Below are positions 48,651 through 60,943 of a DNA stretch of 64,000 nt, piece after piece. The stretch's first letter is position 1. The number at the start of each line of letters is the position of its first letter. Source of the DNA: an uncultured Gemmatimonadota bacterium (GTDB lineage: Bacteria; Gemmatimonadota; CAZMKB01; CAZNLH01); NCBI GenBank assembly GCA_964573995.1, contig CAZNLH010000002.1:97324-161323 (forward strand). Reading direction: 5' to 3'. A program made the position numbers and the translations under genes. The notes beneath the pieces were generated by a model. It was not told where the DNA came from. It saw only the letters and a program-made list of their open reading frames with translations, and made no database searches.

Positions 48651-49625
48651 TTGGTCAAGTTGAAGGTGAGAGACCTCTTCGAGGAGAAGGGGGTGATCTA
48701 TGGCCTGAGGCTCCTCTCTGATGAGGCGGGTCTTGATAAGCCCATACATACTAAGGAAATATATCGACCCGGGCTTGCCCTGGCGGGATACACCGAGCGC
48801 TTCGCCTTCTCCAGGATCCAGGTGCTCGGTGAGACGGAGATGTGTTTCCTCAAGGGTTTGACCCCCTCCAAGCAGCGAAGGGCGATTCTCGATTTCCTGG
48901 AGTTCGATATCCCCTGTATAGTCATCACCAAGGGGCTCGATCCTCCTCCACTGCTTGTGGGCGAGGCCAACAAGCGGGGCGTTCCCGTGATTTCTACTAC
49001 ACAGAGCACGACCCGGTTTTCTCACTTCCTGAGCGCCTATCTCGAGAACCGATTTGCTCCGCAAACAACGCTTCACGGTACACTTGCGGACGTGTATGGT
49101 GTGGGTCTCCTCTTCCAGGGGAGGAGCGGCATCGGAAAGAGCGAATGCGTGCTCGACCTGGTTGAAAGAGGTCACCGTCTGGTTGCAGATGACTTGGTAA
49201 GGGTGGTCCGGAAGGGCAACGAAGTCTTGATAGGCACGGGCCATGAGAGCCTCCGTCATCATATGGAGATCCGCGGCCTGGGGATAATAGATATCACGTC
49301 GATCTTCGGTATCCGTGCCGTACGCCTCCAGAAGAGGATCGAGGTCGTGGTTCTCCTGGAAGATTGGAACAATGGGGTGGATTACGACAGGACCGGTCTG
49401 GACGAAAAAGTGACGACCATCCTCGATGTTCAACTCCCGGTGGTGACCATTCCGCTCGTGCCGGGAAAGAATATCACTGTACTGTCGGAGGTTGCCGCAA
49501 TGGATCATCTCACGAAGTTGTATGGGTATCATCCGGCAAAGCGGTTCAACGAACGACTGATCGAGTTGACGAGGCGGAAGGATAAGGGAGCCAACTACCT
49601 GGACCTCGAAGAAGACTACGAATAG
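48651..49625 (+). CDS. hprK: HPr kinase/phosphorylase
   Basis: RPGLALAGY, RIQVLGETE, LHGTLADVYGVG, GRSGIGKSE, RLVADD, MEIRGLGII, YDRTG. Confidence 0.98.
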   Translation: MVKLKVRDLFEEKGVIYGLRLLSDEAGLDKPIHTKEIYRPGLALAGYTERFAFSRIQVLGETEMCFLKGLTPSKQRRAILDFLEFDIPCIVITKGLDPPPLLVGEANKRGVPVISTTQSTTRFSHFLSAYLENRFAPQTTLHGTLADVYGVGLLFQGRSGIGKSECVLDLVERGHRLVADDLVRVVRKGNEVLIGTGHESLRHHMEIRGLGIIDITSIFGIRAVRLQKRIEVVVLLEDWNNGVDYDRTGLDEKVTTILDVQLPVVTIPLVPGKNITVLSEVAAMDHLTKLYGYHPAKRFNERLIELTRRKDKGANYLDLEEDYE

Positions 49626-49692
49626 CAGGCTGTATCTTTGCGCCGGACATCTCAATCCCTCCATCCGATACGCCACCCGCGCCCTTAACAAT

Positions 49693-49721
49693 TTGCCCCA
49701 GCATTGTCCCTCTCTTATATT
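49693..49721 (+). promoter_or_regulatory. Probable internal promoter for the PTS cluster
   Basis: TTGCCC (49693-49698), 17 nt, TATATT (49716-49721) in the 130-nt gap after hprK. Confidence 0.45.
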
Positions 49722-49755
49722 ATAGCGGTCGAGCGCTTGGCGATGAAGGGAGACT

Positions 49756-50157
49756 TTGACTGAAATGATAGGCGCAGTTATCATATCCCATGGTATGCTC
49801 TCGGATGCTGCCCGGGAGGTGCTCTTTCGCATATCCGGTCAGCATACGGATATCATCGCGGTGAGCAACTCGGGGAGGGATCTCGACCAGATGGAAAGGG
49901 ACCTCGTTGCCGCACTTGAACGATTGAAAGATTGCGATTCTGTGATCTTTTTCTCAGACCTTCATGGAGGGAGTTGTTCACTGATCTGCCAGAAACTGAT
50001 GAGGACTCAAAGGAACCTGGTCCTGATGACCGGTTATAACCTTCCCATGTTGATTGAGTTTGCGTTTAATCGGCACAGGCGACTACAGGAAGTCGTGCCG
50101 ATCCTGGAAGAGAAGGCGAAGAAGGGGATCATGGTAGTGCAACCCTCGGATTTGTGA
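49756..50157 (+). CDS. PTS mannose/fructose/sorbose family EIIA
   Basis: VIISHG (phospho-His), FSDLHGGS, GYNLPMLIE. Confidence 0.9.
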   Translation: MTEMIGAVIISHGMLSDAAREVLFRISGQHTDIIAVSNSGRDLDQMERDLVAALERLKDCDSVIFFSDLHGGSCSLICQKLMRTQRNLVLMTGYNLPMLIEFAFNRHRRLQEVVPILEEKAKKGIMVVQPSDL

Positions 50158-50164
50158 GGTCTTC

Positions 50165-50656
50165 ATGTCTGTCATACTTTACAGGGTGGATGATCGATTG
50201 ATCCACGGGCAGGTTACGGTTGGTTGGGCGCGCGCTCTTCAGCCGGATAGAATCATCATCGTTGACGACGAAGTCGCCGCGAATCCGTGGGAGGAGAAGT
50301 TGTTTCGTTCAGCGGCACCCGAGCCGCTGGAAGTGAGCGTCTGGTCATCAGGAACCGCCCTGGACAAGGTGCCTGGTGTCCAGGAGAGCGAGGAGAAGGC
50401 ATTTCTCTTGACAAGAGACCTGGAAACGATGGTGGGATTGATGAGGGGAGGAATTGAGATCCCCTCCATCAACCTTGGCGGTCTTCATTTTTCATCGGAC
50501 AAGAAGCAGGTGCTGCCTTATATCTCATTCAGCGCCAGTGATCTCGATATCCTTCGAGACTTAAAGAAAGAAGGGATCGAGATCGATATAAGGGATGTCC
50601 CGACCACGGAAAAACGGGACATCTTCCAGTTGCTGAAGTCCAGGGGCCTGGAATAG
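50165..50656 (+). CDS. PTS mannose/sorbose family EIIB
   Basis: RVDDRLIHGQVTVGW, INLGG. Confidence 0.94.
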   Translation: MSVILYRVDDRLIHGQVTVGWARALQPDRIIIVDDEVAANPWEEKLFRSAAPEPLEVSVWSSGTALDKVPGVQESEEKAFLLTRDLETMVGLMRGGIEIPSINLGGLHFSSDKKQVLPYISFSASDLDILRDLKKEGIEIDIRDVPTTEKRDIFQLLKSRGLE

Positions 50657-50692
50657 CGGATGATGTAGAATGGGCATCTACGGGGGGACGAA

Positions 50693-51391
50693 GTGTCCTT
50701 GACGCTCGATCTGCTTAAACTGGCTCTTTTAGGTGGTTTCATCACGCTGGATGAGACGGCCTTCCTGCAGGTGATGGCCTCCCGGCCTATTGTTGTCGGG
50801 CCACTGGTGGGTTGGTTGATAGGTGACCTCGAAAGCGGATTGCTCCTCGGCTCAATTCTTGAACTGATCTACCTCGATGTGCTCCCGGCGGGTGCGGCCC
50901 ATTTTCCCGACAGCGGCCTCGCAGCGGTGGTGGGGACGGGTGTCCTGGAGTTATCGGAGAAATATTACATGAAAATATATCCTGGCACCTGGCTCGTAGT
51001 TATAATGATCGCCATCTTGACTGCGTATTTGGGCGGGCACTCGATCACCTTCCTGAGGAGGCGGAATGCCTATCTCTTGAAAAAGGTGGAGGGCCACCTT
51101 GCGCAAGGGAGGTTGTGGGCAGTGGCTGTCTTTCAAGGTATCGGGCTCATATTTTCCTTTATCAGGGGCTGGACTATGACGCTTGTACTTACCGCCGTCT
51201 TTCTCGCCGTGGTGAAATGGGCAGGTGTGTCCCTTGGTCTCGCCGTCCCTTTTCCCCTGATCGCCGGGAGGAACTTGATTATTTGTGCCTCACTGGCACT
51301 GGGAGTCAGGCTGTTCGTCAAGAGCGGCACTTTCATCTATTTCGTGTTCGGTGCGTGTATTGCTTTGACATTTCTCAGGTTTGGAGTCTGA
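50693..51391 (+). CDS. PTS mannose family EIIC
   Basis: RPIVVGPLVGWLIGD, GLLLGSILELI, hydrophobic helices. Confidence 0.88.
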   Translation: MSLTLDLLKLALLGGFITLDETAFLQVMASRPIVVGPLVGWLIGDLESGLLLGSILELIYLDVLPAGAAHFPDSGLAAVVGTGVLELSEKYYMKIYPGTWLVVIMIAILTAYLGGHSITFLRRRNAYLLKKVEGHLAQGRLWAVAVFQGIGLIFSFIRGWTMTLVLTAVFLAVVKWAGVSLGLAVPFPLIAGRNLIICASLALGVRLFVKSGTFIYFVFGACIALTFLRFGV

Positions 51392-51395
51392 ACCG

Positions 51396-52181
51396 ATGCA
51401 CGGGAACAAGCCTGAACGATCCGGTTTGAAGTTCATAGACCTGGTTCGGATTTTCCTTCGATCGTTTCTTATCCAGGCGTCTTGGAACTACAAGGGGATG
51501 CTGAGCCTTGGTTTTCTATACACGATAATGCCCGGCCTGAATCGCCTGTACAGCGAGAAGGAAGACAGGAGAAAGGCGGCGGTTCGACACCTTGGTTTTT
51601 TCAATACGCATCCCTACCTGGCCTCTTACGCCGCGGGCGCTACCCTTTCACTGGAGGAAGAGGCGATCTCCGATGGTGGAGGGGATGCATTGGATGATGT
51701 GATCCGCATCAAGGGTTCACTGTGCGGTCCACTGGGTTCTCTGGGAGACAACCTGTTCTGGAACCATTGGCGGCCTGTGTGTGCCGTAATCGGCATCCTG
51801 GGGGTGTACCTGTGGGGGGTTATGGGACCTGTTATCTTCCTTGTGTTATATAACATTCCGCATCTCGTGGTGCGATCCTGGGGACTGGTGTCAGCATACA
51901 AGGACAGGGTAAATTTCATAGATGACCTTTCAGGACCGGTATACAGGTTTGTGCCGGCGTTCAGTGAGCGCATGGGATCCTTCTTCATGGGCTGCCTGGT
52001 AGTCTTCTTTGTCGGTTATTCCGGCGCTTTCAACCTAAGCATGCGTTTCATCTTTCTTGCAGGGCTGCTGGTCTCTTTTTTACTCCTCTCGAGGTTCCGG
52101 AGGTACCGCATCACCTATGGAGTAATAGCCATTGTCGTATCAGCCGTTTCGTTATCAGGGGTCTCGGCGTGGTTGAGGTGA
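51396..52181 (+). CDS. PTS mannose family EIID
   Basis: QASWNY..M.SLGF, RHLGFFNTHP, GPLGSLGDNLFW. Confidence 0.92.
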   Translation: MHGNKPERSGLKFIDLVRIFLRSFLIQASWNYKGMLSLGFLYTIMPGLNRLYSEKEDRRKAAVRHLGFFNTHPYLASYAAGATLSLEEEAISDGGGDALDDVIRIKGSLCGPLGSLGDNLFWNHWRPVCAVIGILGVYLWGVMGPVIFLVLYNIPHLVVRSWGLVSAYKDRVNFIDDLSGPVYRFVPAFSERMGSFFMGCLVVFFVGYSGAFNLSMRFIFLAGLLVSFLLLSRFRRYRITYGVIAIVVSAVSLSGVSAWLR

Positions 52182-52435
52182 CAGTGAAGATCAGCAATGA
52201 ATTGGGCCTTCACGCAAGGCCTGCGGCCCTGCTAGTAAAAAAGGCCGCCAAATACAAGTCCGACATCTTTTTGAAGAAGGATGACGTGGAAGTCAATGGG
52301 AAGAGTATCATGAGCGTGATGATGCTGGCGGTCGAGTCAGGTACGAAGGTGAAGATCCGGGCGGTCGGAGAGGACGAGAACGAAGCCGTCCAGGACCTGA
52401 AGAGACTGATTGAATCGAACTTCGGTGAGGAGTAA
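52169..52435 (+). CDS. ptsH: Phosphocarrier protein HPr
   Basis: GLHARPAA (His15) and VNGKSIMSVMML (Ser46). Confidence 0.96.
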   Translation: MVEVTVKISNELGLHARPAALLVKKAAKYKSDIFLKKDDVEVNGKSIMSVMMLAVESGTKVKIRAVGEDENEAVQDLKRLIESNFGEE

Positions 52436-52483
52436 TGATAACCTTCAAGTGGGCAATATATTTTCTTAATTATAGGGAAGACG

Positions 52484-54247
52484 TTGGAGCAAGAAGGTAG
52501 AAAAGGAATTACACTGCGCGGTTTTCCGGCATCCCCGGGCATCGTAATAGGGGAGGCCCACGTGATTTCTCCCGTCGAGCCGGAGGTGATACGGACCCAG
52601 ATCCTCGACGTCCACGTCGATCATGAGATCAATCGGTTCAAGGAGGCGATCGCCAGGACCAAGGAGCAGATCCTGGAAATGAAGCAGAGACTGGAGCAGA
52701 AATTCGGGGAGGAGGAGGCGAGGATACTCGATTCGCACCTCCTGATCCTCGAAGACGTGCTCGCAGTCGATAAGACGATTGAGACTATCCGCGAAGACCT
52801 TGTATCGGCGGAGTATGCCTTCTCCACCGTCATCTCCGAGGTGATCAACAGGTTGAGAGGGGTGGAGGATCGATACCTGAGGGAGAGGGCAGGGGATATC
52901 AAGGATGTGAAAAAGCGGATAATCAACAACCTTCTCGGTTTTGAAGATGACTATGAACTGGAGGACCTGAAGAAGAGGTGCGTGATAGTAGCCAGCGAAC
53001 TGTCGCCGTCGATGACGGCCAGGGCGGACCGGCACAGGCTCCTCGGGATAGCCACCGACCTCAGCGGGACTACCTCTCACGCCGCAATCCTCGCCCAATC
53101 ATACGAGATACCGGCTGTAGTAGGCCTGGGCAATTCAACCTATCACATCGAGACAGGTGATATGGTTATTGTTGATGGTTCGAACGGCGTCGTGGTCGTC
53201 AGGCCGACCCAGGGAGAGATCGAGGAATATGAGGGTCGCATTCGAAGGTTCCGCGATTTTGAGGAAGAACTTGCCCTGTTGAGAGATCTCCCGGCCACCA
53301 CGATCGACGGCTATAAGATAGCGCTGGCGGCAAATATGGAGTTCCCGGATGAATTGCTGTCCGTGGTATCGCACGGGGCGGAAGGGATCGGGCTCTTCAG
53401 GACCGAATACCTCTTTCTGACCAGGAGGCACCTTCCGACGGAGGAGGAACAATTCGAAATATTCAGAGAGGTCCTCAAGGGGGTCAAGCCGGGGCCCGCG
53501 GTGATCAGGACTTTTGATATAGGAGCGGACAAGCGCACCGACCTGTTCGAGATCCCGGATGAGAAGAACCCCTTCCTCGGCTGGCGCGGCGTGCGATTGG
53601 CACTGGGGAACGAGGAGATCTTCAAGACCCACTTGCGCGCATTGCTGAGGGCTTCCCCTTTCGGGAACCTGCACCTTATGTTCCCCATGGTCTCCTCGGT
53701 GTCCGAACTGAGAAGGCTGTACGGCCTCCTCGAACTGGTAGAGGAGCAACTGCTGGAAGAGGGGCACGAGGTCAACCCCAATTACCGAAGAGGGATCATG
53801 ATAGAGACACCGTCTTCGGTCATTACCGCCGATTTACTGGCCGACGAGGTGGACTTCTTCAGCATCGGCACAAACGACCTGATCCAGTATGTACTGGCGG
53901 TCGACAGGGGGAACGAACGCGTCGCTCATCTGTACGATCCCTTTCACCCGGCGATCGTGCGTTCGATCCGGGATGTCGTCAAGGCGGCTCACGATAGGGG
54001 CAAGTGGGTGGGTGTGTGCGGCGAGATGGCGGGACAACCGGTGACGGCCCTGCTGTTGATCGGACTGGGAGTGGACGAGTTGAGCACGAGCCCGATCATG
54101 GTCCCCAAGATCAAGCGCATGATCCGGGACATCACGATCAGCGAGGTCCGGGAGATGGCCTCCGTGGCCTTGGAGGAGAGGGTGGCCGAAGAGGTCCATT
54201 CCATCTACGAACGATTTGTAGTGGAGCGCTTCGGAGACGGTTTTTAA
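52484..54247 (+). CDS. ptsI: PTS enzyme I
   Basis: ASPGIVIG, YLRERAGDIKDV, TSHAAILA, GIGLFRTE, IRTFDIGADK, NPFLGWRG, FSIGTNDLIQY, VCGEMAG. Confidence 0.98.
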   Translation: MEQEGRKGITLRGFPASPGIVIGEAHVISPVEPEVIRTQILDVHVDHEINRFKEAIARTKEQILEMKQRLEQKFGEEEARILDSHLLILEDVLAVDKTIETIREDLVSAEYAFSTVISEVINRLRGVEDRYLRERAGDIKDVKKRIINNLLGFEDDYELEDLKKRCVIVASELSPSMTARADRHRLLGIATDLSGTTSHAAILAQSYEIPAVVGLGNSTYHIETGDMVIVDGSNGVVVVRPTQGEIEEYEGRIRRFRDFEEELALLRDLPATTIDGYKIALAANMEFPDELLSVVSHGAEGIGLFRTEYLFLTRRHLPTEEEQFEIFREVLKGVKPGPAVIRTFDIGADKRTDLFEIPDEKNPFLGWRGVRLALGNEEIFKTHLRALLRASPFGNLHLMFPMVSSVSELRRLYGLLELVEEQLLEEGHEVNPNYRRGIMIETPSSVITADLLADEVDFFSIGTNDLIQYVLAVDRGNERVAHLYDPFHPAIVRSIRDVVKAAHDRGKWVGVCGEMAGQPVTALLLIGLGVDELSTSPIMVPKIKRMIRDITISEVREMASVALEERVAEEVHSIYERFVVERFGDGF

Positions 54248-54312
54248 CGCATGCCTCGAGATCGGACCTTCGTTGGATAGATAGAGTCGGGCGATGGATT
54301 GAGGTGAACGGT

Positions 54313-55332
54313 ATGAATATGAAGGACATTATCTGCGATCTGCCCGGCCAATTGGAGCGCGCTTGGCTCAAGGCGGCCTCCCTTGGCGTTCAGGCCTCCG
54401 GCAACGGATACGGGGCGATATACATAGGCGGGATGGGTGGGTCGGCGATTGCCGGTGATATCCTTTCAGACTATGCTGGGAATTCCATGACCGTTCCGAT
54501 ACGGGTCGTCCGGGGCTACACGCTTCCACCTTCGCCGGCCGGCCGGCTACTCTTCCTGGCGTCCAGTTACTCCGGGAATACCGAAGAGGTCCTCTCCCTG
54601 CTCGATCAAGCGGAAGAAGCAGGTGCAGATATCCTGGTGGCAACATCGGGCGGCATCCTGAAGCAACGGGCGGAGGACGAGGGTTATCCCTCGATAGATC
54701 TGCCCGCGGGCTATCCACCAAGGGGGGCCCTCGGCTATTCATTTGCATCGATCCTCTTCATGCTCAGGCGCTTCTATCCCGCGCTCGATGTCGAAGGTGA
54801 CCTGGGCCGGGTGTCAGACCTGTTGAAGGGCCTTACAACTTCCTATGCATCAGGTGGAGAGGATAGCGAGCCGTATCGCCTGGCAAATATCATATTGGGA
54901 AGGATACCGGTCATATATGTATCTTCTCATATCGCCTCGGTGGCCGTAAGGTGGAAGTGCCAGTTCTCCGAAAATGCCAAGGTCCTTGCCTTCGTAGGGG
55001 TCCTGCCTGAGATAGACCATAATGAGATCTCCGGCTGGGAGAATTACCCCGGGATACTCAAGGACCTCCACGTGCTGATACTAAGGGATTCGGGGGAACA
55101 CCGCCGGGTGGCCGCCAGGATGGAGATCACCGGGGATATGATAAGGCCGTTTTCGGGAGGTGTTACGGCGGTAGAATCCATTGGAAAGTCGCTTCTGGAG
55201 CGAATATTTTCCTTGATTTACAAGGGGGACTTTGTTAGTTTTTACCTTTCGCATCTTCTTGATACGGATCCGATGACCGTGTCCAAGATCGACGAATTGA
55301 AGGACCGGCTATTGCGGATTCGAGGGGGGTGA
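54313..55332 (+). CDS. Bifunctional phosphoglucose/phosphomannose isomerase
   Basis: GMGGSAIAGD, SYSGNTEE, TSGG, PPRGALGY, QFSENAK, PEIDHNEI. Start moved from the ORF-track 54004. Confidence 0.9.
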   Translation: MNMKDIICDLPGQLERAWLKAASLGVQASGNGYGAIYIGGMGGSAIAGDILSDYAGNSMTVPIRVVRGYTLPPSPAGRLLFLASSYSGNTEEVLSLLDQAEEAGADILVATSGGILKQRAEDEGYPSIDLPAGYPPRGALGYSFASILFMLRRFYPALDVEGDLGRVSDLLKGLTTSYASGGEDSEPYRLANIILGRIPVIYVSSHIASVAVRWKCQFSENAKVLAFVGVLPEIDHNEISGWENYPGILKDLHVLILRDSGEHRRVAARMEITGDMIRPFSGGVTAVESIGKSLLERIFSLIYKGDFVSFYLSHLLDTDPMTVSKIDELKDRLLRIRGG

Positions 55333-55371
55333 TGCGCAGTTCCTTCGGTCGGGGAGGCGGAATCCGGTTCC

Positions 55372-56364
55372 ATGAAGGTGATCATTCCAGTTGCCGGTAT
55401 AGGGTCTCGTTTGAGGCCTCATACTTTTTCTATGCCCAAGGCCTTGATCCCTGTGGCCGGAAAGCCCATGATCGAGCACATACTCGATCGATTGAGGGGA
55501 TTGAAGCCCTCGGAGGTCTCGCTCGTTGTCGGCTTCCTGGGGGATAAGATAGTGGATTATTTAGGGGATGAGAGTTCTCTTCCCCTTCGTTTTTACTATC
55601 AACGCGAGATGTTGGGGCTCGGTCACGCCATCTGGCAGGTTCTCAAGGAGGTAGATGACGGCGATGCCTTGATCGTACTGGGCGATTCGATCCTTGATGT
55701 CGATTATGATTCCGCCGTGAAGTCGAAAGAGACAGTAATCGGTGTTAGAGAAGTCGATGATCCGAGGCGTTTCGGGGTGGTGATAGTCCATGACGACGGC
55801 TACATTCATCGACTGGTGGAGAAACCGGACGAACCGGTGAGCCGCCTGGCGATCGCAGGCCTCTACTATTTTCCTTCAGTCCATGGCCTGAGGGAGGCGC
55901 TTGGCACACTGATAGAGAAGGACATACGGACGAAGGGGGAATACCAGTTGACCGATGCCCTTCAGATTCTTATAGATAAGGGAGAGAATATGCGGCCATT
56001 CACGATCGATGGATGGTACGATTGCGGAAAACCGGAGACGCTCCTGGAGACTCAACGACTGCTCCTCGACAAGGAGGGGGGAACGCACCAGGTGCTCGAC
56101 GGATCTATCGTTCGACCCCCAGTGGCCATATCTGAACGCGCGGCCATAAGTGGTTCGGTGATCGGTCCCTACGTGAGCGTGGATGCAGGAGCCACGATCC
56201 GCGACTCTGTCATCAGCGATTCCGTGGTATTCCGTGGAGCGGAGGTCGAGGGTTGTCGGCTCAGTGCTTCTTTGATCGGGATCGATGCGAAGGTGCAGGA
56301 TTACAATGGAAGCGTAAACGTCGGACAAAAGGCGGAAGTGTTGCCTTACAGGGATGGGGCATGA
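55372..56364 (+). CDS. Sugar-phosphate nucleotidyltransferase (long-form glucose-1-P thymidylyltransferase-like)
   Basis: IPVAGIGSRLRPHT..PKALIPVAGKP, DPRRFGVV, VEKP, GEYQLTDAL, WYDCGKPE, left-handed beta-helix tail. Confidence 0.88.
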   Translation: MKVIIPVAGIGSRLRPHTFSMPKALIPVAGKPMIEHILDRLRGLKPSEVSLVVGFLGDKIVDYLGDESSLPLRFYYQREMLGLGHAIWQVLKEVDDGDALIVLGDSILDVDYDSAVKSKETVIGVREVDDPRRFGVVIVHDDGYIHRLVEKPDEPVSRLAIAGLYYFPSVHGLREALGTLIEKDIRTKGEYQLTDALQILIDKGENMRPFTIDGWYDCGKPETLLETQRLLLDKEGGTHQVLDGSIVRPPVAISERAAISGSVIGPYVSVDAGATIRDSVISDSVVFRGAEVEGCRLSASLIGIDAKVQDYNGSVNVGQKAEVLPYRDGA

Positions 56365-56437
56365 CACTTGCTGAAAAAACCACCGAGACCGGAGGGGCCG
56401 GCCTTGGTGAACACACTTAAAAGCAGGAGTTCGTTCA

Positions 56438-58926
<2,489 letters not shown>

Positions 58927-58934
58927 TCGCGGGT

Positions 58935-59438
58935 GTGAAGATGACACAGTGGAATGAGAACATGATCGAAGTCAACGTATCTGGATTGGGGATCGATGGG
59001 TCGAGTAACTCGCCCGTCGTGATTTTGAAGGAGAAGGATGGAAAACGGGTCCTTCCGATCTGGATCGGACACAACGAGGCCAGCGCGATCGCAATGGAAC
59101 TCGCCGGTATCAAGTTCAAGAGGCCCCTGACGCACGACCTGCTGAAATCCTTCCTGGTCGCATTCAAGGCGAACCTCATCCGAGTGGTTATAGGGGACTT
59201 GAAAGACAACACGTATTACGCCTCTCTCTTTCTAAAACGGGGCAATGATACGATATCAATCGATGCGAGACCGAGCGATTCAATTGCACTTGCCCTTCGT
59301 GTCAAGGCACCCATCTTCACGAACATCGAACTCCTGACGGATATTCCGATCAACGTCTCGGAGGAATACAATCCGGAACGCCTGAGGGAACGGTTGAAGG
59401 ACATGAATCCGGAAGATTTCGGGAAATTCAGCCTCTGA
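58935..59438 (+). CDS. Bifunctional nuclease family protein (DUF151)
   Basis: VVILKE..RVLPIWIG..EA.AI, RPLTHDLL, IDARPSDSIALALR. Confidence 0.92.
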   Translation: MKMTQWNENMIEVNVSGLGIDGSSNSPVVILKEKDGKRVLPIWIGHNEASAIAMELAGIKFKRPLTHDLLKSFLVAFKANLIRVVIGDLKDNTYYASLFLKRGNDTISIDARPSDSIALALRVKAPIFTNIELLTDIPINVSEEYNPERLRERLKDMNPEDFGKFSL

Positions 59439-59544
59439 GGCAGGTTCCTCTTGCTTCCCTTCGTCGAGCTGTTTGGTGTCATCGTCAAAGGGCACGCCTC
59501 CGATAGCCTTATCAGGCCCCTACAGATAGGACATTGTATCTCCA

Positions 59545-59697
59545 CCTTGCCTCGTAAGGCACCCGGGTAGTTGATACCGGGTCCTGCCGATACTTCGGGC
59601 GGTAATCCATTGACACTCATGCCGGATCGACTCTCAATCCAGATCCGCTGATAGATGGCATGGCCCTTGCCTATCGAGGTCTCGACGGTAGTTGATA
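59545..59697. repeat. Imperfect ~33-nt direct repeat (two copies, ~120-nt period)
   Basis: CCTTGCCT...GGTAGTTGATA at 59545-59576 and 59665-59697. Confidence 0.5.
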
Positions 59698-59740
59698 GTG
59701 AAGCGCTTTTCAAACTAAAAACGGTTCAAGGAGGTATGAG

Positions 59741-60730
59741 ATGGATTGTCGTCCTCTCGAGAGACGTCCGGAATCCTCCTCGACCCTTTCTCCCCGCGTC
59801 GCAGTTCGATGGGTGTTGCCCATCGTTTCGTGGTTGTTCCTGCTCGGCCTCGAGTCGCCCCTGTTGTGGGGGATCAGCCAGGATGCCCCCGGGCCCATTT
59901 TAGTTATCAACGAGATAATGAAAGATCCCTCTTCGGTCACCGATTCACACGGGGAGTATGTAGAAATCTACAACCCGGATTCTTCTGCCGTCGACCTGAA
60001 CGGCTGGGCGATCATGGACCTCGGAAGCGACTATCACGTCATCGGGGGCCCCGGGCCGTTGATCGTCGAGCCTCATTCCTTTTTCGTCCTGGCGAGGGAT
60101 TCATCGATCGCAGAGAACGGCGGCTTTTCTGCGGATTATCAATACGACTCCTTCACGCTGTCGAATGGATCGGACGAGGTCATACTCCTGGATCCTATTG
60201 GCGAGGTTGTTGACAGTGTCGGTTATGATTCCTCGAACTTCCCCGATGATCCGGGGTGCTCAATGGAACTGAGAAACCCTGGCTTCAACAACGTACACGG
60301 TTACAACTGGGTGGGTGCCGATACATCTTTCGGGATGGGCGACCTTGGGACTCCCGGCCGGGTGAACAGCGGCTGGGAGGAATACAAGGACATGACGCTC
60401 GACGTGGCGGTGGACTCGATCGGGGTTCGGGCAGGCGAATCGTCTGAACTGGAATTCTACGTGACCGCCCAGTCCGTGGTGCCGGTCAATGGGTACCTGC
60501 TGGCTGACCTGTGGCTGCCGGGAGGCGATCAGTTCGGCAACAATCCCGTTTACGGGCCGGCATCCCTCTTCTTCGATGCAGGTGATAGGCTGGTAAAGGT
60601 GCTCAAGATCGACGTGCCTTATGGTGCGGATACCGGTAATTATTTACTGCAGGGCCATCTCCTGGACAGCGCCGGCCTGGAGATTGATTCAGAGGAGGTC
60701 ACGATAAATGTCTACACTGCCGCGGAGTAG
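59741..60730 (+). CDS. Secreted lamin-tail domain protein
   Basis: AAGGAGGT RBS; signal-like N-terminus; LVINEIMKDP..EYVEIYNP..DLNGWAI..GTPGRVN. Confidence 0.82.
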   Translation: MDCRPLERRPESSSTLSPRVAVRWVLPIVSWLFLLGLESPLLWGISQDAPGPILVINEIMKDPSSVTDSHGEYVEIYNPDSSAVDLNGWAIMDLGSDYHVIGGPGPLIVEPHSFFVLARDSSIAENGGFSADYQYDSFTLSNGSDEVILLDPIGEVVDSVGYDSSNFPDDPGCSMELRNPGFNNVHGYNWVGADTSFGMGDLGTPGRVNSGWEEYKDMTLDVAVDSIGVRAGESSELEFYVTAQSVVPVNGYLLADLWLPGGDQFGNNPVYGPASLFFDAGDRLVKVLKIDVPYGADTGNYLLQGHLLDSAGLEIDSEEVTINVYTAAE

Positions 60731-60869
60731 GAAGGTCGAGGATCTTGCCCGCTCCGCCCCATCGCGCCTTACCTGCGGGAAGGTCCATGACGAAGGAAAA
60801 TGCAAGGTTATGAGGGGGAGTAGGGAGAAGGTAGTGGGGGAGTAAATCCCCCCACGACCCTACGAGGAG

Positions 60870-60905
60870 ACCGCTGCAGCCCTGCGGGGTTGCAGCGGTT
60901 TTTTT
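60870..60905 (+). terminator. Rho-independent terminator
   Basis: ACCGCTGCAGCCC-TGCG-GGGTTGCAGCGGT (13 bp), followed by a T run. Confidence 0.85.
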
Positions 60906-60943
60906 ACCACTCACGCCTCTCTTCGGGGGAAGGGATTGTGCTT

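Noticed and set aside
54004-54312. Long N-terminal extension on the PGI/PMI ORF
   Set aside because: It overlaps ptsI in another frame; the isomerase-like sequence begins near ATG 54313.
59655-59903. Cys-rich 82-aa ORF following the AAGGAGGT RBS
   Set aside because: The RBS is optimally spaced for ATG 59741 of the overlapping LTD gene, so this is an alternate-frame artefact.
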